A program made the position numbers and the translations under genes. The notes under the pieces are model-generated. The model saw only the letters and a list, made by a program, of their open reading frames with translations. It ran no database searches and had not been told where the DNA came from. Source: Desulfurococcales archaeon (lineage in GTDB: Archaea > Thermoproteota > Thermoprotei_A > Sulfolobales > WANQ01). Taken from it: a stretch of DNA of 64,000 nucleotides. Where the stretch lies: contig JALVFK010000109.1 of the NCBI GenBank assembly GCA_027030065.1, positions 13,572 through 77,571 on the forward strand. The letters run 5' to 3'. Positions 52,999 to 63,370 of the stretch are shown here, piece after piece. How positions within the stretch are numbered: the stretch's first letter is position 1; each line of letters starts with the position of its first letter.

Positions 52999-53020
52999 CG
53001 TGTAAAGAATCCTTTACACG
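52999..53020. promoter_or_regulatory. palindrome CGTGTAAAG-AATC-CTTTACACG immediately upstream of the membrane protein/XRE/ABC operon
   Basis: Exact 9-bp arms ending 4 nt before ATG 53025. A third half-site TGTAAAG lies at 52980-52986. Confidence 0.4.
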
Positions 53021-53024
53021 GGGG

Positions 53025-53411
53025 ATGCTGGTGAACAAGCTGAGACTACTATTAATAATAGTCATAGCGGTACTCTGTGCGTGGTTTTATACAAATAATA
53101 TGAAGATACCATTCATATTAACTATAATAGTCGGTGTTATAGCAATAAGAATAGCTGAGAGATTATCAAGTGAACCCTATTATGATGAGCGGGATAAGTA
53201 TATAGCGTTAATGGCCTCGTACATAACCTTCTTTACATCAACAACGAGTATTGCCGCACTAGTTATAATAGAGGGCATAAGCGGTATTCTAGGAATAGAA
53301 CAACTATATGAATGGTCCAAGGACATAATCACGTATCTCGCACCATACATTGTTTACATGTTCTTAGTATATTCTATTTCTTGGATTATTTTGAGAATAA
53401 AGCACTCGTAA
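53025..53411 (+). CDS. small membrane protein (4 TM; DUF2178-like by context)
   Basis: ATG at 53025 ([17 protein letters not shown]...). The track ORF from 52740 is an antisense read-through of the Lrp gene. This arrangement upstream of an XRE regulator is common. Confidence 0.6.
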   Translation: MLVNKLRLLLIIVIAVLCAWFYTNNMKIPFILTIIVGVIAIRIAERLSSEPYYDERDKYIALMASYITFFTSTTSIAALVIIEGISGILGIEQLYEWSKDIITYLAPYIVYMFLVYSISWIILRIKHS

Positions 53412-53415
53412 GACC

Positions 53416-53652
53416 ATGGGGGTATTCATGGGTGGTAAGGGTTGTATACGTGTACGGTTAAGAGAAATAAGAGCGAGATACAATTTAAGACAAGAAGACC
53501 TCGCGAAAATGGTTGGTGTTACAAGACAGACAATAATAGCTATAGAGAAAGGCAAATATTATCCCTCTCTATTATTAGCATTAAAAATAGCGAAAAAACT
53601 TGGATTACAAGTGGAAGATATATTCGAGTACGTAGAATCGTGTGGTGATTAG
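53416..53652 (+). CDS. XRE-family helix-turn-helix transcriptional regulator
   Basis: '[39 protein letters not shown]' is a canonical HTH_3 motif. Confidence 0.85.
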   Translation: MGVFMGGKGCIRVRLREIRARYNLRQEDLAKMVGVTRQTIIAIEKGKYYPSLLLALKIAKKLGLQVEDIFEYVESCGD

Positions 53653-53654
53653 TT

Positions 53655-54392
53655 TTGAGTAATGTAGTTGAAGTAGAAGATCTTGTTAAAATATATCCAG
53701 GTAATATCAAGGCCGTAGACGGGCTCTCTTTTACTGTTAGGGAGGGTGAGATCTATGGTCTTATAGGCCCTAATGGAGCCGGGAAAACAACAACCCTAAG
53801 AATAATAGCAACACTACTAAAACCAACAAGTGGTAGAGTTGAAGTAGCTGGCTACGATATCGTAGAGAATCCTGATGAAGTTCGCAGAAATATTAGTTAT
53901 CTTCCCGAAGAAGCTGGTGCATATCGCAATCTAACGGGCGTAGAGTATCTGAGGTTCATGGCAGAACTTTATGCTAAGAGTAAGGAGGAGGCTGAGAGAA
54001 TGGTAAAGGAAGCTATAGAGATAAGCGGACTTGGCGACAAAATATATGATAAAACATCGGTTTATAGTAAGGGAATGAAGAGGAGACTCTTGCTTGCTAG
54101 AACATTAATGGTTAAACCCAAATTAGCTATACTTGATGAACCAACTAGTGGACTCGACGTTGTACACGCCCTACATGTTAGAAACATTATATTGAAATAC
54201 GCAAAGGAATATAAGGTAACGATTCTACTTTCAAGCCATAATATGCTTGAAGTAGAGTATCTCTGTGATAGAGTAGGAATAATATATAAGGGTAGACTCT
54301 ATACGGAGGGTAAACCTAATGAACTAATAGAAGAATACAAGGCCAGTAATTTAGAAGAAGTATTTGCTAAAGTGGTGGGTGTTCATGCTTAA
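53655..54392 (+). CDS. ABC transporter ATP-binding protein (ABC-2 type)
   Basis: Walker A 'GPNGAGKTT', signature-like 'YSKGMKRRL' and Walker B 'LAILDEPTSGLD'. TTG start. Confidence 0.9.
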   Translation: MSNVVEVEDLVKIYPGNIKAVDGLSFTVREGEIYGLIGPNGAGKTTTLRIIATLLKPTSGRVEVAGYDIVENPDEVRRNISYLPEEAGAYRNLTGVEYLRFMAELYAKSKEEAERMVKEAIEISGLGDKIYDKTSVYSKGMKRRLLLARTLMVKPKLAILDEPTSGLDVVHALHVRNIILKYAKEYKVTILLSSHNMLEVEYLCDRVGIIYKGRLYTEGKPNELIEEYKASNLEEVFAKVVGVHA

Positions 54393-55704
54393 ATCCCTTA
54401 TAGTAAAAGAAGTAAAGGATCTATTAAGAGATAGGAAGATACTCTTCGCAATGATAATCATGCCGTTGATAATATACATAGGCATGGGCGCAGCTATGAG
54501 TTCTCTAATGGAGCAGAGTATAAAACAAGTAGAGGAAACAGTTAAAGCTGGCGTAAAAATAGCTCTCCTCAACGAAGACAATGGCCCGTGGTCTAAGACC
54601 TTTATAGAATATGCTGAAAAATACTGGAATGCAACAATAATACAAATAAACACTACAAATCTCAACAAAGCATTAAATACTACGGAATCACTAGGTTTAA
54701 GAGCACTATACATAATACCACCGGGCTTCTCAGCAAACATTAGCAATGAGAAACCAGGAGTAATCCAGGTATACTTCATATTACATGATCTAAGCATAAC
54801 ATCTATGGGACTATTATCAGTGTATAATAACATTGTCTCGGGCTTCTCTAAGTATCTGTCATCAATTATTATAACGAGGACAGCTAAGGTAAACCCGGCT
54901 TTCGCAATGGCACCTATTACTGGTAAGACCCAGGTACTCTTATCTGGAACTATTGTTAGTGCTAACCTCGTTCAAGCCCTGAGTGGTCAGTTATTTGTAT
55001 TACCTGTAGCTCCAATGCTTGTAATAGGTTATGCTACATCAATAGCTGCTATGAGTATTGGTGTTGAAAAAGAAGAAAAGACCCTAGAAGTATTGTTGTC
55101 ATTGCCTATACGTCGCAGAGATATCGTGTTGTCGAAGCTTACTGGCTCACTACTAATATCTTTGCTAGCATCTATATCGATGCTCATAGGCTTCTCGTAC
55201 TATATGAGGAGCATGACGAGTATAGGAGCAAACAGTACAAGTGAAGCAACTCAGATCTCGATGACTGGCGGTATATTTGGGCTTATAGGAGTACCTGGAC
55301 TTATCTTATACGTTCTCTCGGTGTTCTTTGCCGTATTTCTAGCATCGACTCTCGGATTATATCTCGGAAGCTTTGGAGAAAATGTTAGGAGTGCTCAGAG
55401 CATGGTAGGCTATATTTGGATTATTGTATTCTTCCCATTATACATGGCTATATTCACTGACTTTGCATTAGACCCTCTAGCAAAAATACTAGCAATATCA
55501 GTAATACCCTTTGCCGCACCCCTCGTGGTCTTAAAGGCCTTCCTTTCAGGGAAGATAATATACGGTGTAATCTCTATTGCCTCTAGCATAGGTCTTCTAG
55601 CACTAATAGTGTACTTATTAACCAAGAGGTTTGAAGGAGAAAAACTACTAGTAGGGAAGTCAAAGCGGAAAAAGAAGTCAGCATTCTTTAAGTTTGGATT
55701 CTAG
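54385..55704 (+). CDS. ABC-2 type transporter permease
   Basis: ATG at 54385 overlaps the ATPase stop (ATGCTTAA). An N-terminal TM and a large loop are followed by about 5 C-terminal TMs. Confidence 0.75.
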   Translation: MLKSLIVKEVKDLLRDRKILFAMIIMPLIIYIGMGAAMSSLMEQSIKQVEETVKAGVKIALLNEDNGPWSKTFIEYAEKYWNATIIQINTTNLNKALNTTESLGLRALYIIPPGFSANISNEKPGVIQVYFILHDLSITSMGLLSVYNNIVSGFSKYLSSIIITRTAKVNPAFAMAPITGKTQVLLSGTIVSANLVQALSGQLFVLPVAPMLVIGYATSIAAMSIGVEKEEKTLEVLLSLPIRRRDIVLSKLTGSLLISLLASISMLIGFSYYMRSMTSIGANSTSEATQISMTGGIFGLIGVPGLILYVLSVFFAVFLASTLGLYLGSFGENVRSAQSMVGYIWIIVFFPLYMAIFTDFALDPLAKILAISVIPFAAPLVVLKAFLSGKIIYGVISIASSIGLLALIVYLLTKRFEGEKLLVGKSKRKKKSAFFKFGF

Positions 55705-55994
55705 GTCATTTTTTCTAATGCTTCTCTACCAGTCATACCCGGTTCTACTCCAAGACTACGAGCCTTAGTTGTAACAGCTTTAACTGGTTTTTCTAATAGT
55801 TCTTCAACAGAGCTTACACCACTAACTATTGCTGCAGCGTCTCCGAGCTTCTCTGCTACTTCGATGTTAAGATAGCCGCACATAACGTATCCTTTGTCTG
55901 TTTTCGCGATTATTAGTGGGGCTTTCCCTAGATTCTTGACTTCTAATCCTAGTATTTTCTTACCGTTTACCTCTAATTGTTTTATAACTATCAT
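55701..55994 (-). CDS. DUF1805 (YunC-like) small protein
   Basis: 'APLIIAKTDKGYVMCGYLNIEVAEKLGDAAAIVSGV' resembles DUF1805. Confidence 0.6.
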   Translation of the reverse strand: MIVIKQLEVNGKKILGLEVKNLGKAPLIIAKTDKGYVMCGYLNIEVAEKLGDAAAIVSGVSSVEELLEKPVKAVTTKARSLGVEPGMTGREALEKMT

Positions 55995-56013
55995 TTCCAG
56001 GACACCCGAGAAA

Positions 56014-56454
56014 CTATTTCTTTTTCTTTAACTTGAATCCAGAGATTTTGAGAATTAGTTCTACTAGTTTTTCATGCTTGTTTTCCTCAGATGCTATTGC
56101 TTTTATTATTGCTTTCACGCTACCTACGTCTATTTTATCTATTACATCGAGGTATGAGGCTGATACAAGTGATTCTAGCTTATCGTGACCTAATAGTATC
56201 TTAGCTATTTCTTCATTGGATAGTTCTCCTTCAGTAGTATTGAATCTCTTACGGAATACGTTTATTTCCCTAAGGGCCTCGATTAACGCTTTTACTACAT
56301 AGTAGTGTACTATAGTGTCCTCAGCAATTGTTTTCAACGCCATTCTTACTCGTATATCCTTTGCCTTCAACGATAAGTCTACGTATTCTTTTACTTCTGA
56401 TTCCTCATCCGCTAATAACTCCATTAACCGGTGTAAAACATTGTCTTCCGCCAT
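56014..56454 (-). CDS. hypothetical helical protein, possibly ferritin-like
   Basis: 'IAEDTIVHYY' and 'ASEENKHEKL' are E/H motifs. ATG at 56454 (MAEDNVLHRL) is preferred over the track start at 56475. Confidence 0.4.
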   Translation of the reverse strand: MAEDNVLHRLMELLADEESEVKEYVDLSLKAKDIRVRMALKTIAEDTIVHYYVVKALIEALREINVFRKRFNTTEGELSNEEIAKILLGHDKLESLVSASYLDVIDKIDVGSVKAIIKAIASEENKHEKLVELILKISGFKLKKKK

Positions 56455-56529
56455 ATTACATCCTCTACTAGACAATGTAGATTACCTTTTAGAATCAAAT
56501 ATGTTATTGTAGGCTAAGCTATTTTAGAC

Positions 56530-57519
56530 TTATTCTCCTCCAAGCTCCTTTAATAATGCTCTAGCAGTAAGCCTTACAGCCTCCTTAGAGGAAAGACTAG
56601 GCTCCCAGCCAAGAGACATTGCCTTCGATATATCCAGTAACATTATCTTCACATCGCCTGGCCATCCTCTCCCATCACTTGTCATCGGCTTGTAAGTGTA
56701 TTCGACGTTTTCTAAGCCCATTTCCTCTACTACTATATCTGCTATCTCCCTTACCGTTACCCAATCAGTATTGCCAATATTGTATATCTCATAGTCTTTA
56801 CCTCTTTCTAGGAATTTCTCGAGTAGAAATAATGTTCCATTAACAGCATCTGTTACATATATGTAACTCTTCCTTTGTGTTCCGTCACCTAGTATTTCGA
56901 GTCTTCTCGGATTCTTTTTTAACTTCAATATGAAGTCATAGATGACACCATGCCTACTCCTAGGTCCTATCACGTTAGCATACCTAATTATAAGTGATTT
57001 TAAACCATAGAGTTTGCTATATGTTATGTGAAGATACTCTGATGCAAGCTTTACGCTACCATAAACGGATATCGGTTCAAGTGGATAATAGTCTTCAGGT
57101 GTTGGTAGTTTCCTCGCATCACCGTAAACAGTGCTTGTTGATGCGAATACTATGTATTTTACACTTCCCTGCCTTGATGCTTCTAATACATTGAATGTTG
57201 TGAGAAGGTTTTCGTTGAAGTGTATTCTCGGGTTAATTGATGATACTCTTACCTCAGGGTTTGCGGCATAATGGAACACTATATCAGCATTCTTAAACTC
57301 GTCTATCCAAGTATTATTCGGTTCCTTTAGGTCTGCCTCAACAATTCTCAAGTTCGGGTCATCTATTACTCTTCTAAGGTTTTCTCGGCTCCCACTACTC
57401 ATATTGTCTATTACTATTACCTCGTAATCCTTTGATAATAGTTCTTCAACTATATAGCTGCCGATAAAACCAGCTCCTCCTGTAACAATAGCTTTACTCA
57501 ATTCTCTACCTTCCCTCAA
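56530..57519 (-). CDS. NAD-dependent sugar epimerase/dehydratase (UDP-glucose 4-epimerase family)
   Basis: 'VTGGAGFIGSYIV' Rossmann motif and 'YGSVKLASE' (YxxxK). Confidence 0.9.
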   Translation of the reverse strand: MREGRELSKAIVTGGAGFIGSYIVEELLSKDYEVIVIDNMSSGSRENLRRVIDDPNLRIVEADLKEPNNTWIDEFKNADIVFHYAANPEVRVSSINPRIHFNENLLTTFNVLEASRQGSVKYIVFASTSTVYGDARKLPTPEDYYPLEPISVYGSVKLASEYLHITYSKLYGLKSLIIRYANVIGPRSRHGVIYDFILKLKKNPRRLEILGDGTQRKSYIYVTDAVNGTLFLLEKFLERGKDYEIYNIGNTDWVTVREIADIVVEEMGLENVEYTYKPMTSDGRGWPGDVKIMLLDISKAMSLGWEPSLSSKEAVRLTARALLKELGGE

Positions 57520-58474
57520 CCTTCATCTTAGTTATATACTCGTAGGCAGAAGTAGCGGCTCTAGCACCAGTATATACTGCAGTAACTATTTGTTTTAACG
57601 GAATATTTGTTACATCGCCTGCTGCAAATAGTCCCGGTATATTTGTTGACATGTCTTCACGTACCTTTATGAAGCCTTTTTCATCAAGTTCTAACCCTAT
57701 TTTCTCGAGGAATTCTCTTGGGGGTTCTTCTCCTATTTCAATAAATATTCCGTCAACCTTCAGTATTCTACCTGAACGTAGTTTAACCCATTCAACTTTA
57801 TTTGTCCCTCCTATCTCTACTACAGTCTCCTTTAACACGAATTCCACATTGTTTAGCTTCTTCGCTTGCTCAACATAAATTGGTTGTGCTCTAAACTTGT
57901 CACGTCTATGTATTAGGTATACTTTTGATGCATGTCTTGACGCTAATAATACTCCCTGGAGTGCAGAATCACCGCCACCAACTATAGCTACTACTTTCCC
58001 CTTAAACAATGGTATATCACATACAGTACAATAGCTTACGCCACGACCAGCAAATTCTTCTTCGCCTGGTACTCCGAGCTTTCTCCTAACGGTTCCTAAA
58101 GCGAGTATTACTGTTTTAGCCTTTAACTCTAAGCCACGTGTACCCTTTATAAGGAATAGACCATCTTCTCTTCTTACTATATCTGTTACCCTACTCTTCA
58201 AGACAGGTACATTGTATTTCTTTAAGTGATCTATGAATTTTCTAGCTAGATCGGGTCCGAGGATTGATGGGAAACCGGGATAGTTTTCTATTTCAGCTGC
58301 CTCAAGGAGGGTACCACCCTCATTCTCGCTTACTACAATAGTCTTCAACATATATCTTGCTGAATATATGCCAGCTGCTACGCCAGCAGCTCCAGCGCCA
58401 ATTATTACCACGTCCCATAGCTTACCTACATAGTCTTTTATCCTTGCCATTCTTAAGCGGAACTTGCTTGACAT
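57506..58474 (-). CDS. trxB: thioredoxin-disulfide reductase
   Basis: 'VVIIGAGAAGVAAG', redox 'CTVCD', second 'VAIVGGGDSALQG' and 'FAAGDV'. Confidence 0.9.
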   Translation of the reverse strand: MSSKFRLRMARIKDYVGKLWDVVIIGAGAAGVAAGIYSARYMLKTIVVSENEGGTLLEAAEIENYPGFPSILGPDLARKFIDHLKKYNVPVLKSRVTDIVRREDGLFLIKGTRGLELKAKTVILALGTVRRKLGVPGEEEFAGRGVSYCTVCDIPLFKGKVVAIVGGGDSALQGVLLASRHASKVYLIHRRDKFRAQPIYVEQAKKLNNVEFVLKETVVEIGGTNKVEWVKLRSGRILKVDGIFIEIGEEPPREFLEKIGLELDEKGFIKVREDMSTNIPGLFAAGDVTNIPLKQIVTAVYTGARAATSAYEYITKMKVEGR

Positions 58475-58541
58475 ATCCTTTTAACACCTCTTTATCGCTA
58501 TCGTACACCATAGTTATCTGTACGTGGTTTATAAGAATAAT

Positions 58542-59846
58542 CTATATAGTTTTCGATAACTTGCGCCAAGCTATAACAGGGAACAATGCTATCAACGTTA
58601 ATATTACTACCAAGAGCACAACTACTATGAGGTAATAGTCATTATATGAGGGTTTAGTTATGCCTGAGTGCTCGGTTTCTCCGCATATTTGGTTAGCCTT
58701 ATTTTCTACCATACCGAGCCACTGAATGTTTATGTCTACTATATCCTTATTCATAGGATGAGTAGCTAGTACTAGTTTTACAGGTTTGTTATAGAGTCTT
58801 GACGAATAATTATTGTAGTATGTTAGAAACTTATTATAGATTTCTCCTAATATTTCGTAGGCGTTGCCCGTTACTTGAAGTGAGGATTCATTGTATATTA
58901 TCAGAGGTTTTGTTACATTGAATTTTACACTATAGTTTCCAGTTGCTTCTGCAAAAGGGTTTTCATTTAGAACACTAGATATAAGCGATATTGTATCTTC
59001 TTCGCTGATACTAGTGTTTAAATCGTATATTATTATGAGGGAACGCGGATTAAAACTTCTCTTCGTAACTATCGGCTTATTTTCAACTATAACTAATAAC
59101 TTGCGCCTTCCATTTAGATATACGTGATAGGAGGAGAACGTCTTAGTGGTAATGTTCTCCGATATATACATATAGTATTCAGAGTAAACACTTTGAGCTA
59201 GCAGACCATTTATATTGGATAATATTATCCGCGCTTTAATATATTCTATTGTATTATTAGTCTTTTTATCTAAAGCTATAGACAATAGCGAATCCAAAAC
59301 AAGTATGGTGTTTCTCCTATCCTCTATTAACTCAAGGAATCCTCCAGGCAATCTTATATGGGAACCTATTTCCATGTTTAAATATTTTAATGGAATCCTT
59401 AATGTTTTTGTGAAAATAATCTCCATGTATGGGAGATATTTTCTGTCTGGGAGAAGAATGCCTCCTAAATCCCATATTGTGTAGATAATATTTCTATTCC
59501 AGCCGAGGTATTTCTCAATTATTTTTCTTGTATCATTGTATGGTTTATTATTAAATGCTATTATCTTCACGGTACAATTTGCTCCGCTTTCTAATGTGAA
59601 TAAAGGCTTTGATAGATTATAGTAATATATTTCTAGCGAAGTATTATTGTACATTATTTCTCCTATCTTGACAGCATTACTCCATATGGTGTCGTAGAAT
59701 TCTTTCCATTCGATCTCTACTGGTTTAACAATACATGCGTGGGAAGGTATGAGTGAAATATCTATGAGTGAGAGTATGAGTATAATTAGTGATGCTAAAA
59801 AGATTCTTTTAGAATACTTCTGGAGCCCTCCATTCACCCCATACAT
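58542..59846 (-). CDS. N- and C-terminally anchored extracytoplasmic protein, unknown function
   Basis: 434 aa. N-terminal hydrophobic segment 'KRIFLASLIILILSLIDISL', many N-x-S/T sequons and a C-terminal TM helix plus 'WRKLSKTI'. The start overlaps the mutase stop by 38 nt. Confidence 0.6.
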   Translation of the reverse strand: MYGVNGGLQKYSKRIFLASLIILILSLIDISLIPSHACIVKPVEIEWKEFYDTIWSNAVKIGEIMYNNTSLEIYYYNLSKPLFTLESGANCTVKIIAFNNKPYNDTRKIIEKYLGWNRNIIYTIWDLGGILLPDRKYLPYMEIIFTKTLRIPLKYLNMEIGSHIRLPGGFLELIEDRRNTILVLDSLLSIALDKKTNNTIEYIKARIILSNINGLLAQSVYSEYYMYISENITTKTFSSYHVYLNGRRKLLVIVENKPIVTKRSFNPRSLIIIYDLNTSISEEDTISLISSVLNENPFAEATGNYSVKFNVTKPLIIYNESSLQVTGNAYEILGEIYNKFLTYYNNYSSRLYNKPVKLVLATHPMNKDIVDINIQWLGMVENKANQICGETEHSGITKPSYNDYYLIVVVLLVVILTLIALFPVIAWRKLSKTI

Positions 59847-61500
59847 CTCTTAACACGCCGCTTATTTCTCCGAGCGTTGCCTTTGCTCTTATAGCCTCTA
59901 GTATGTATGGGAATATATTTTCATCGTCTTTTTCAGCTGCTCTTGAAAGTTCTTCTAATAGTCTCTTAACTTTTTCATTATCTCGCTCACTCTTTAGCTT
60001 CTTTAAACGTGTTATAACTCTTTCACGAACAGCTGGATCTACTTTTAGCACTTCTATTCTGGGTTCCTCGGGTTCTACGAAGACGTTTACTCCTATTATT
60101 GGTATTTCTCCTTTCTCAACCTTTAACTGGTACTCGTATGCTGATTTAGCTATTTCTCTTTGAGGGTAGCCTATTTCTATTGCTTTAACCATTCCTCCAA
60201 GCTTCTCTATTTCATCTATTATCTTCCATGCTTTTTCTTCTAACTCATCGGTTAACCATTCAATATAATATGCGCCTCCTATAGGGTCTACTGTATCTAC
60301 TATACCAGCTTCGTAGGCTAGTACTTGTTGTACTCTAACTGATAGCTTAACCGCCTTCTCTGTTGGAAGGCTCAATGCCTCATCATAGCTATTGACATGT
60401 AGGCTCTGGGTACCACCGAGAACTGCTGCTAGTGCTTGTATTGTTGTACGAATAATGTTTACTTCGGGTTGTTGTGCAGTTAAGAGAACTCCAGCTGTTT
60501 GCGTATGGAATCTTAGCATCATACTTCTAGGCTTCTTCGCACCAAATCTTTCCTTCATTATCTTTGCCCACATCCTCCTGGCAGCGCGGAATTTCGCTAT
60601 TTGTTCAAATAGATTTGTCCTCGCGGCGAAGAAGAAGCTTAGTCTTGGAGCGAACTTGTCTACCTCCATACCCCGCTCTATAACCCATTTAACATATTCT
60701 ATTCCATCTGCTAGAGTGAAAGCTATTTCTTGTGCAGGAGTTGCACCAGCTTCCTCGAAGTGGTAACCGGATATACTTATGCTATTCCATTTGGGCATTT
60801 CCTTAGCACACCACATTATTGCGTCTGTAGCATACCTCATTGAAGGATAGGGTGGATAGATGTAGTTGTTTCGAGCAATAAACTCTTTCAATATATCATT
60901 CTGTATTGTTCCTCCCAGCACCTTTCGGTCTATTCCGCGGCTCTCAGCTACAACTATGTACATAGATAATACCTCGATAGCTGTAGCGTTTATGGTCATA
61001 GACGTTGTTATCTTATCCATAGGTATATCGTTGAATACTATCTCCATTTCCTTTACACTAGGCATAGATACGCCTACTTTCCCAACCTCATACCATGCCA
61101 ATGGATGATCGGGGTCTAATCCAAGCTGTGTTGGTAGGTCGAAAGCCATGCTGAGCCCGGTTTGACCTATGCTTAATAGGTAGCGGTATCTTTGATTAGT
61201 ATCTTCAGCGGAGCCGAAACCAGCGTATTGGCGTATAGTCCATATTTTGCCACGATACATTGTTGGGTAAACTCCACGAGTAAACGGGTATTGGCCCGGG
61301 AAGCCTAGTTTTTCTAGATAGTCCCAGTCCTTTTCCGCTAAGTCTACTGGAGTATAAACTCTTTTTACAGTAAATCCTTCTTCTGTTAGAAATTCTCTTT
61401 TCCTTTCCGGGAACTTCTTTAATACTGGTTCTACTACTTCTTTAGCCCACTCACTCATTTTTTCTCTTATTTTCTCTATCTTATTGGGATCGAATACCAA
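59809..61500 (-). CDS. methylmalonyl-CoA mutase, large catalytic subunit
   Basis: 'FPGQYPFTRGVYPTMYRG', 'TIRQYAGFGSAEDTNQRYRYLL' and 'LSMAFDLPTQLG' are classic MCM N-terminal barrel motifs. Confidence 0.92.
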   Translation of the reverse strand: MVFDPNKIEKIREKMSEWAKEVVEPVLKKFPERKREFLTEEGFTVKRVYTPVDLAEKDWDYLEKLGFPGQYPFTRGVYPTMYRGKIWTIRQYAGFGSAEDTNQRYRYLLSIGQTGLSMAFDLPTQLGLDPDHPLAWYEVGKVGVSMPSVKEMEIVFNDIPMDKITTSMTINATAIEVLSMYIVVAESRGIDRKVLGGTIQNDILKEFIARNNYIYPPYPSMRYATDAIMWCAKEMPKWNSISISGYHFEEAGATPAQEIAFTLADGIEYVKWVIERGMEVDKFAPRLSFFFAARTNLFEQIAKFRAARRMWAKIMKERFGAKKPRSMMLRFHTQTAGVLLTAQQPEVNIIRTTIQALAAVLGGTQSLHVNSYDEALSLPTEKAVKLSVRVQQVLAYEAGIVDTVDPIGGAYYIEWLTDELEEKAWKIIDEIEKLGGMVKAIEIGYPQREIAKSAYEYQLKVEKGEIPIIGVNVFVEPEEPRIEVLKVDPAVRERVITRLKKLKSERDNEKVKRLLEELSRAAEKDDENIFPYILEAIRAKATLGEISGVLRDVWGEWRAPEVF

Positions 61501-61503
61501 GGC

Positions 61504-61920
61504 TTAGTGCTCCTCCTTTCTCTCAACTAGTTCTATGAGGACTCCGTGAGCTGACTTGGGATGAATGAAATTGATTATACGTTTACCATTTGATACAACT
61601 CTCGGCTTATCGTATACGAATCTTACCTTGTCTTTGAGTTCCTCCATAGCCTTCTCTATGTCTTCTACTCTGAAAGCTATATGGTGTATTCCTTCTCCTC
61701 TCTTCTCAATGTATTTTGAAATAGCGCTATCAGGGGTTGTACCCTCCAATAACTCTATATAGCTTTCACCTACTTTGAACATCGCTACTTTTACCTTCTC
61801 TTGAGGGACTTCTTCTATTTCAACTGGTTCTACTCCAAGTATCTCCTTGTAGGCCTCCACGGCTTCCTTGAGGTCTTTTACGGCTATTCCGAGATGATCT
61901 ATTTTTAGGACTCTTGCCAA
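61504..61920 (-). CDS. mce: methylmalonyl-CoA epimerase (VOC/glyoxalase fold)
   Basis: 'IDHLGIAV', '[11 protein letters not shown]' and 'HGVLIELVE'. It lies between the two mutase genes. Confidence 0.9.
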   Translation of the reverse strand: MARVLKIDHLGIAVKDLKEAVEAYKEILGVEPVEIEEVPQEKVKVAMFKVGESYIELLEGTTPDSAISKYIEKRGEGIHHIAFRVEDIEKAMEELKDKVRFVYDKPRVVSNGKRIINFIHPKSAHGVLIELVERKEEH

Positions 61921-61923
61921 GGA

Positions 61924-62424
61924 CTAGCTCACCCTCCTATCTTTTTCTAGTTTGCGTTTCTCTAAAGCTATTCTATAGACAGTTTCAATTATAGTTTTAA
62001 GCGGGGTTCCAGGGCCAAACACTTCTTTTACGCCCAGCTTCTTCAATATTGGGACGTCTTGGGGTGGTATAATGCCTCCCACAAATACTGGGATGTAGTC
62101 GAGCTTCTTTTCCTTTAAGAGCTTTAGCAAGTCTTGTACTAGTTCTATATGTGAGCCGGAGAGAATACTTACTCCGATAACGTCTACGTCTTCTTCAATT
62201 GCTGTGTTTACAACGTTTTCTGGTGTTTGATGAACACCTAGATATACTACGTCGAATCCAGCTTCCTTTAATGCTCTCGCAACTACTTTTGCGCCTCGAT
62301 CATGTCCGTCGAGCCCCAGCTTGCTTACAAGAACTTTTATTCTCCTACCCTCAACAACAGGGTTTATGTCTAAGCCTAGTATTTCTAGTAGTTTCGGCTT
62401 CTTCTCCTCAACTAGAACGGACAA
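61924..62424 (-). CDS. methylmalonyl-CoA mutase, B12-binding small subunit
   Basis: '[17 protein letters not shown]' (DxHxxG), 'GVSILSGSH' and 'VFVGGIIP'. TTG start with a GAGGGGAT SD. Confidence 0.9.
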   Translation of the reverse strand: MSVLVEEKKPKLLEILGLDINPVVEGRRIKVLVSKLGLDGHDRGAKVVARALKEAGFDVVYLGVHQTPENVVNTAIEEDVDVIGVSILSGSHIELVQDLLKLLKEKKLDYIPVFVGGIIPPQDVPILKKLGVKEVFGPGTPLKTIIETVYRIALEKRKLEKDRRVS

Positions 62425-62515
62425 GAACTATCCCCTCTGCTTTCTTTGCCTCCCGGATATCAGAGAATATTTATTCAAGCTAAAATATCTAGTAGACGGA
62501 TACCCTATCCAGATC

Positions 62516-63370
62516 CTACTTACTCAACCTTACCTCTAATGGCGAACGGAACCACACATCGTGCTGCGGAAACGGTATCTCTATACCTGCACCCGTTAGA
62601 GCTTTCTTTATAGCCCATAATAGTTCTCTCTTAACATTAAGGTATTCTTGTGATGGAACCCATGCACGAACCGTTATATTTACGCTACTATCTCCTAATT
62701 CTGACACAAATGTTTCTGGAGGCGGATTAATTAGCACTAATGGGTGTTCCTCTAATACCTTTCTTATCACATTGTATGCTTTTTCTGCATCCTCTCTATA
62801 AGCTATTCCAATAACAAATTCTATTCTTCTAATGGGGTTACGTATAAAGTTCCTTATCATCGATGTAAAGACTTTATCGTTAGGTACTCTTACCACGACA
62901 CCGTCTAATCCAATAATAGTTGTTGATAAAACAGATACTTCTAATACTCTGCCTACCACACCTTCAACTTCTACTAAGTCGCCCGGCTTGAAGGGTCTTT
63001 CCCAATATAGGAATAACCCTGATACAAAGTTCGCAACCGTTGACTGGAGAGCAAAGCCTAAAATTATTCCAAGTATTCCCCCAGCTATAATAAAGCCCGT
63101 TAAATCTATTCCGAGTGCACCTAAGGCTACAATAACTGCAAGCGATACTATTACATAGTATAATGCTTTTGATACAGCATTAGCTATATAGGCTGGCATT
63201 AAACGCATGGATCCTCGATAAACGAGTAAGCGGAGCGCATAGCCTACGAGGAATCCCAGTACAACTACTATTAATGCTACTAGAACATCTTCCAGGTTTA
63301 CTCTAGTGAAAAGGTTAGTGATAATAGATGTAACGTTTCCTTGTATAGACAAAGTTCCTATAACCCCCAA
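62516..63370 (-). CDS. small-conductance mechanosensitive channel (MscS family)
   Basis: Three N-terminal TMs followed by 'RPFKPGDLVEVEGVVGRVLEVSVLSTTI', the MscS beta-domain signature. Confidence 0.85.
   Translation of the reverse strand: MGVIGTLSIQGNVTSIITNLFTRVNLEDVLVALIVVVLGFLVGYALRLLVYRGSMRLMPAYIANAVSKALYYVIVSLAVIVALGALGIDLTGFIIAGGILGIILGFALQSTVANFVSGLFLYWERPFKPGDLVEVEGVVGRVLEVSVLSTTIIGLDGVVVRVPNDKVFTSMIRNFIRNPIRRIEFVIGIAYREDAEKAYNVIRKVLEEHPLVLINPPPETFVSELGDSSVNITVRAWVPSQEYLNVKRELLWAIKKALTGAGIEIPFPQHDVWFRSPLEVRLSK

Noticed and set aside
52740-53024. N-terminal 95 aa of the track ORF 52740-53411
   Set aside because: This part is antisense to the well-supported Lrp/AsnC gene. The hydrophobic protein plausibly starts at ATG 53025, just after the palindrome.
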